A program made the translations under genes and the position numbers. Positions 60,000 through 64,000 of a stretch of 64,000 nucleotides of DNA are shown here, piece after piece; the stretch's first letter is position 1; each line of letters starts with the position of its first letter. The stretch is taken from contig CM075995.1 of assembly GCA_038087875.1 (NCBI GenBank), positions 1,738,001-1,802,000 of the forward strand, written 5' to 3'. A model generated the notes under the pieces. The model had not been told where the DNA came from, made no database searches, and saw nothing but the letters and a program-made list of their open reading frames with translations. This DNA is from Malacoraja senta (lineage: Eukaryota).

Positions 60000-62994
60000 T
60001 AAAAACAAACAGACAATAACAGTGCAATAACAATAATAGTCTATGTAGCTCAGAGCTATATTTGAGGCTGTCGTGTTTAATTGCCTAATGGCTGTGGGCA
60101 AGTCGTTCTATCCTCGCTTATCTTTCAGTCTGGAAGAAGGGATCCGACTCGAAACGTCCGCTGAGTTACTCCAGCTTTTTGTGTCTATCTTCGGTTTAAA
60201 CCAGCATCTGCAGTTCCTTCCTACACGAAACGCCACCTATTATTATTTTTTTCTCCAGAGATGCTGCCTGTCCCGCTGAGTTACTCCAGCAGTTTTGTGT
60301 CTGTCTTCGGTATAAACCAGCATCTGCAGTTCCTTCTTTTACACCTGGTCCCAGGTACCTGTGTCCGACTAGTTATGTCCTGGCTGTGGCTGCACACATT
60401 TCCTACATCCAGACTAATTCAGGAGAGGGAACAAGGTTTGACATTTAAAACGAGAGCCTTTGAAATGAGGGCGGCTGCAACAAAATACACGTGTAGGAGG
60501 GAGAAACTGCAGGTTTAAAGATTTCTCTCGTCCCCCCCCCCTCTCCCCCTGTCTGAAGAAGGGTCTCGACCTGAAACGTCACCTATTCCTTTCCCCCAGA
60601 GATGCTGCCTGACCCGCTGAGTTACTCCAGCATTTTGTGTTTGCAACCAAATAAATAATTTATATCTCGAAATTGAGGCAACAACAACAACACATTTGTT
60701 TAAAGCTCTAAAATATTTCTAAGCGGTCACCCCCTGTTTTGTGGAAGGTTTGGCGGATGTACTAGTAGCAAAGCCGCTTTTGTTTTCTGTGTACTACTAG
60801 ACGCCTGTATAGATTGGACCGGCAATGTTTTCACACGCCCACGGAGAAACAATTATAGATCGGCTGGTAATTTGTGAATTTTAAATACACCGCTGGGAAA
60901 TTCCAAATGGGTAACAAACATACCAAAAAAAAAAAAAAACAGGACCACGGGAAAACTGCTGCAGAAACTGCTGCAGAAGCCACAAACACACAGAGCAGGT
61001 GAAGGATTTCGCGTTCAATTTTGCCCCCTGCCGGCTGAGCTAAGCGCAAGAAACATACACAAAGAAATGGCGATTTAAGAGCATTTCCCACTATCATTCG
61101 CTGGTCACTGTCCTCATTGGTGTCTTTCTGCAAATAACATGGGTTGGTAGCACAGGTCCACCAATAATAACTAGCCAATATGTGTCAAGATATATGAGTA
61201 GGGAGGGACTATTAAGATGAAGGGGGAAATATTTAATAGGAACTTTTTCACACAGACAATAGACAATAGGTGCAGGAGTAGGCTATTCGAGCCAGCACCG
61301 CTATTCAACGTGACGGTGGTGGGTGTATGGAACAAGCTGCCAGAGGAGGACTATCCCAACGTTTAAGAAACAGTTAGGCAGGTACACGGATGGGACAGGT
61401 TTAGAAGGATATACGGGCCAAACGCAGGCAGGTGGGACTAGCGTTGGCTGGTGTGGGCAAGTTGGGCCGAAGGGCCTGTTTCCACACTGTATCACTAAAT
61501 GACTCTCTGCAATGCTGGTTTAAACTGAAGACTGACACAAAAAGCTGGAGTAAGTCAGCGGGTCAGGCAGCATCTCTGGAGAAAAGGAATATGTGATGTT
61601 TTGGGTGGAGACTGATCATGGGTCTTGATCCGAAAGGTCACCTATTCCTTTTCTCCAGAGATGCTGCCTGACCCGCTGAGTTACTCCAGCTTTTAGTTGG
61701 ATGTAAAGTGCAGATTGTTAAAACATTTAAGATAGAATCCATCTATAAATTATAAGCCTGGGTTCAATTTTAATGAATGAAGTTAACATTTGTTGGGTGT
61801 TTCAAAAAAGTATAACTTTAAAGTGCAAATTTAACCTCAAGCTAGCAATGTGCCTTAGAGTGATACAGCATGGAAACAGGCCCTTCGGCCCAACCTGCCC
61901 ACATCGACCAACATGTCCCATCTACACTAGTCCCACCTGCCCACATTTAGCCCATTTACTCCTTTTACACCTTTCCAATCCATGTACCTGTCCAAATGTC
62001 TTTTAAATGTGATAGTGCCTGCTTCAACTACCTCATCTGGCAGGTCGTTCCTAATCGCCACCTCTCCTTCGTGTTCAATCCCGCAAAAAATGTAATCATC
62101 TTGTAAATGCGTAACGACAATGTTTTATACATATTTTTGATGGATGAATTATTAAGATGTTTCGGTTAAAAGAAATGATACTGAGATACTAAAGAAAACA
62201 TTATATGGAAAGATGTAGTTTTTTTTAAACTGTTAGTAGGTTGGGTTTCTGAGACTTCATGTCAATAGACAAAAGACAATAGGTGCAGGAGTAGCCATTC
62301 GGCCCTTCGAGCCAGCACCGCTGGTTTCATGTCTGGTTTCATAAAGTCTTAAGTGATAGGAGCAGAATTAGGCCATTCGGCCCATCAAGCCTATTCCGCC
62401 ATTCGATCATGGCTGATCTATCTCTCCCTCCTAACTCCATTCTCCTGCCTTCTCCCCATAACTCCTGACACCCATACTAATCAAGAATCTATCTATCTCT
62501 GCCTTAAATATACCCAATGGCTTGGCCTCCACAGCCTTCTGTGGCAAAGAATTCCACCGATTATCCACCCACTGACTAAACAAATTCCTCCTCATCTCCT
62601 TCAGAAAGGAACGTCCTTTAATTCTGAGGCTGACCTCTGGTTCTAGACTCTCCCACTAGTGGAAACATCCTCTCCACGTCCACTTTATAAAATACTTTCA
62701 TTTTACTTTGATTTTAATCATTTCATCTTCATCTGACAATTCTGTCTAGTTGTTCCCTGATCAGATAAACTCTTTCTTATATTGGCAAACTGAGAGAAGA
62801 ATCGGGAAAACATAAAATGAGTTATACTGTCTCTTGGTGTTGATTAATGTTACATTTTGGCCCTGTTTGACTGGCTGGCTGATATACAATCAAACTTCTA
62901 GTATTATTTTAAAGAATAAGAGAGTCTGTAAGCAGTAATAGCGATCCTTCAATCCAGGTACCTAAAAGGTGTTGCCGTCAATTAGAAACCAACC

Positions 62995-63421
62995 AGCTGG
63001 GCTTGTACACTCTGGAGTTTAGGATGAGAGGCTATCTCATTGAAACATATAAGATTGTTAAGGGCTTGGACACGCTAGAGGCAGGAAACATGGTCCCGAT
63101 GTTGGGGGAGTCCAGAACCAGGTGCCACAGTTTAAGAATAAGGAGTAAGCCATTTAGAACGGAGGCGAGGAAACACTTTTTCTCACAGAGAGTGGTGAGT
63201 CTGTGGAATTCTCTGCCTCAGAGGGCGGTGGAGGCAGGTTCTCTGGATGCTTTCAAGAGAGAGCTAGATAGGGCTCTTAAAAATAGCGGAGTCAGGGGAT
63301 ATGGGGAGAAGGCAGGAACGGGGTACTGATTGGGGATGAGCAGCCATGATCACATTGAATGGCGGTGCTGGCTCGAAGGGCCGAATGGCCTACTCCTGCA
63401 CCTATTGTCTATTGTCTATTG
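62995..63421 (+). mobile_element. CR1 LINE 3' fragment
   Basis: LEFRMRGYLIETYKIV...FFSQRVVSLWNSLPQ, 3' UTR and (TTGTCTA)n tail. Confidence 0.85.
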
Positions 63422-64000
63422 AGTTGTTTGGGGAAACTTGCTGAAGAGGAAATGTGTAGGAAGGAACTGCGGATGCCGGTTTACACCGAAGATAGACACA
63501 AACAGCTGGAGTAACTCAGCGGGGCAGGCAGCATCTCTGGAGAGATGGAGTGGGTGACGTTTCCAGTTGAGACACTTATTCAGACTGAGAGACAGTGGAG
63601 AGGGAAACTAGAGGTATGAAAAGGTACAAATGAATGAAAGGTATGTAAAGCTCAAATAAGAGCTGACCAAGGAACGGTGGAGCCCACAATGGTCCTTTGT
63701 TGGCTGTGGACGGGGCGAGAGATGCAGTCTGACCCGCTGAGTTCCTCCAGCACTTTGTGTCCATTTTGCTGAAGAGGAATTGGCTGGTGAATGTCCCTCC
63801 ACTATCATAGTCAGTGCACCAAAGTATTACGCGTTAAATGTGAAGCATTTGAAGTCACCTTCTGGGCTTGAAAGCTAATCATTAAATACTTTTATTTTTG
63901 CATATTCAAACTCTGCATTTTAAGAATGTTGTCTTAGTTGAGTGTAGTTTAGAGATACAGCATGGAAACAGGCCCTTCGGCCCACCGAGTCCGTGCCGAC

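Overview
Repeat-dense vertebrate genomic DNA, most likely from a cartilaginous fish (skate or ray), inferred from the HE1/V-SINE-like tRNA SINEs and abundant CR1 LINE fragments. The only host gene is an ID4-type HLH inhibitor (id4). Its complete copy has CDS at 53935-54276 plus 55746-55793, and intron 2 holds a canonical BMP-responsive element. A second partial, frameshifted copy lies just before a 200-N gap and is probably a retained haplotype. The most striking structure is a very young Neptune-type Penelope-like retroelement (PLE; RT plus GIY-YIG) at 7433-13382. It has a 2037-bp apparently perfect inverted arm, a 17-bp target-site duplication (TSD), minimal hammerhead-ribozyme motifs at both ends and a 34-nt tail on one end only, and it sits inside a hAT MITE with its own 8-bp TSD. 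A decayed PLE copy and many short hammerhead-bearing pLTR fragments, several of them fold-backs with the same tail asymmetry, are scattered across the window. Harbinger-type MITEs, CR1, Rex1 and L1 LINE pieces, a tRNA-Glu pseudogene and mini/microsatellites make up most of the rest. Family assignments come from motif recognition only, not database searches.
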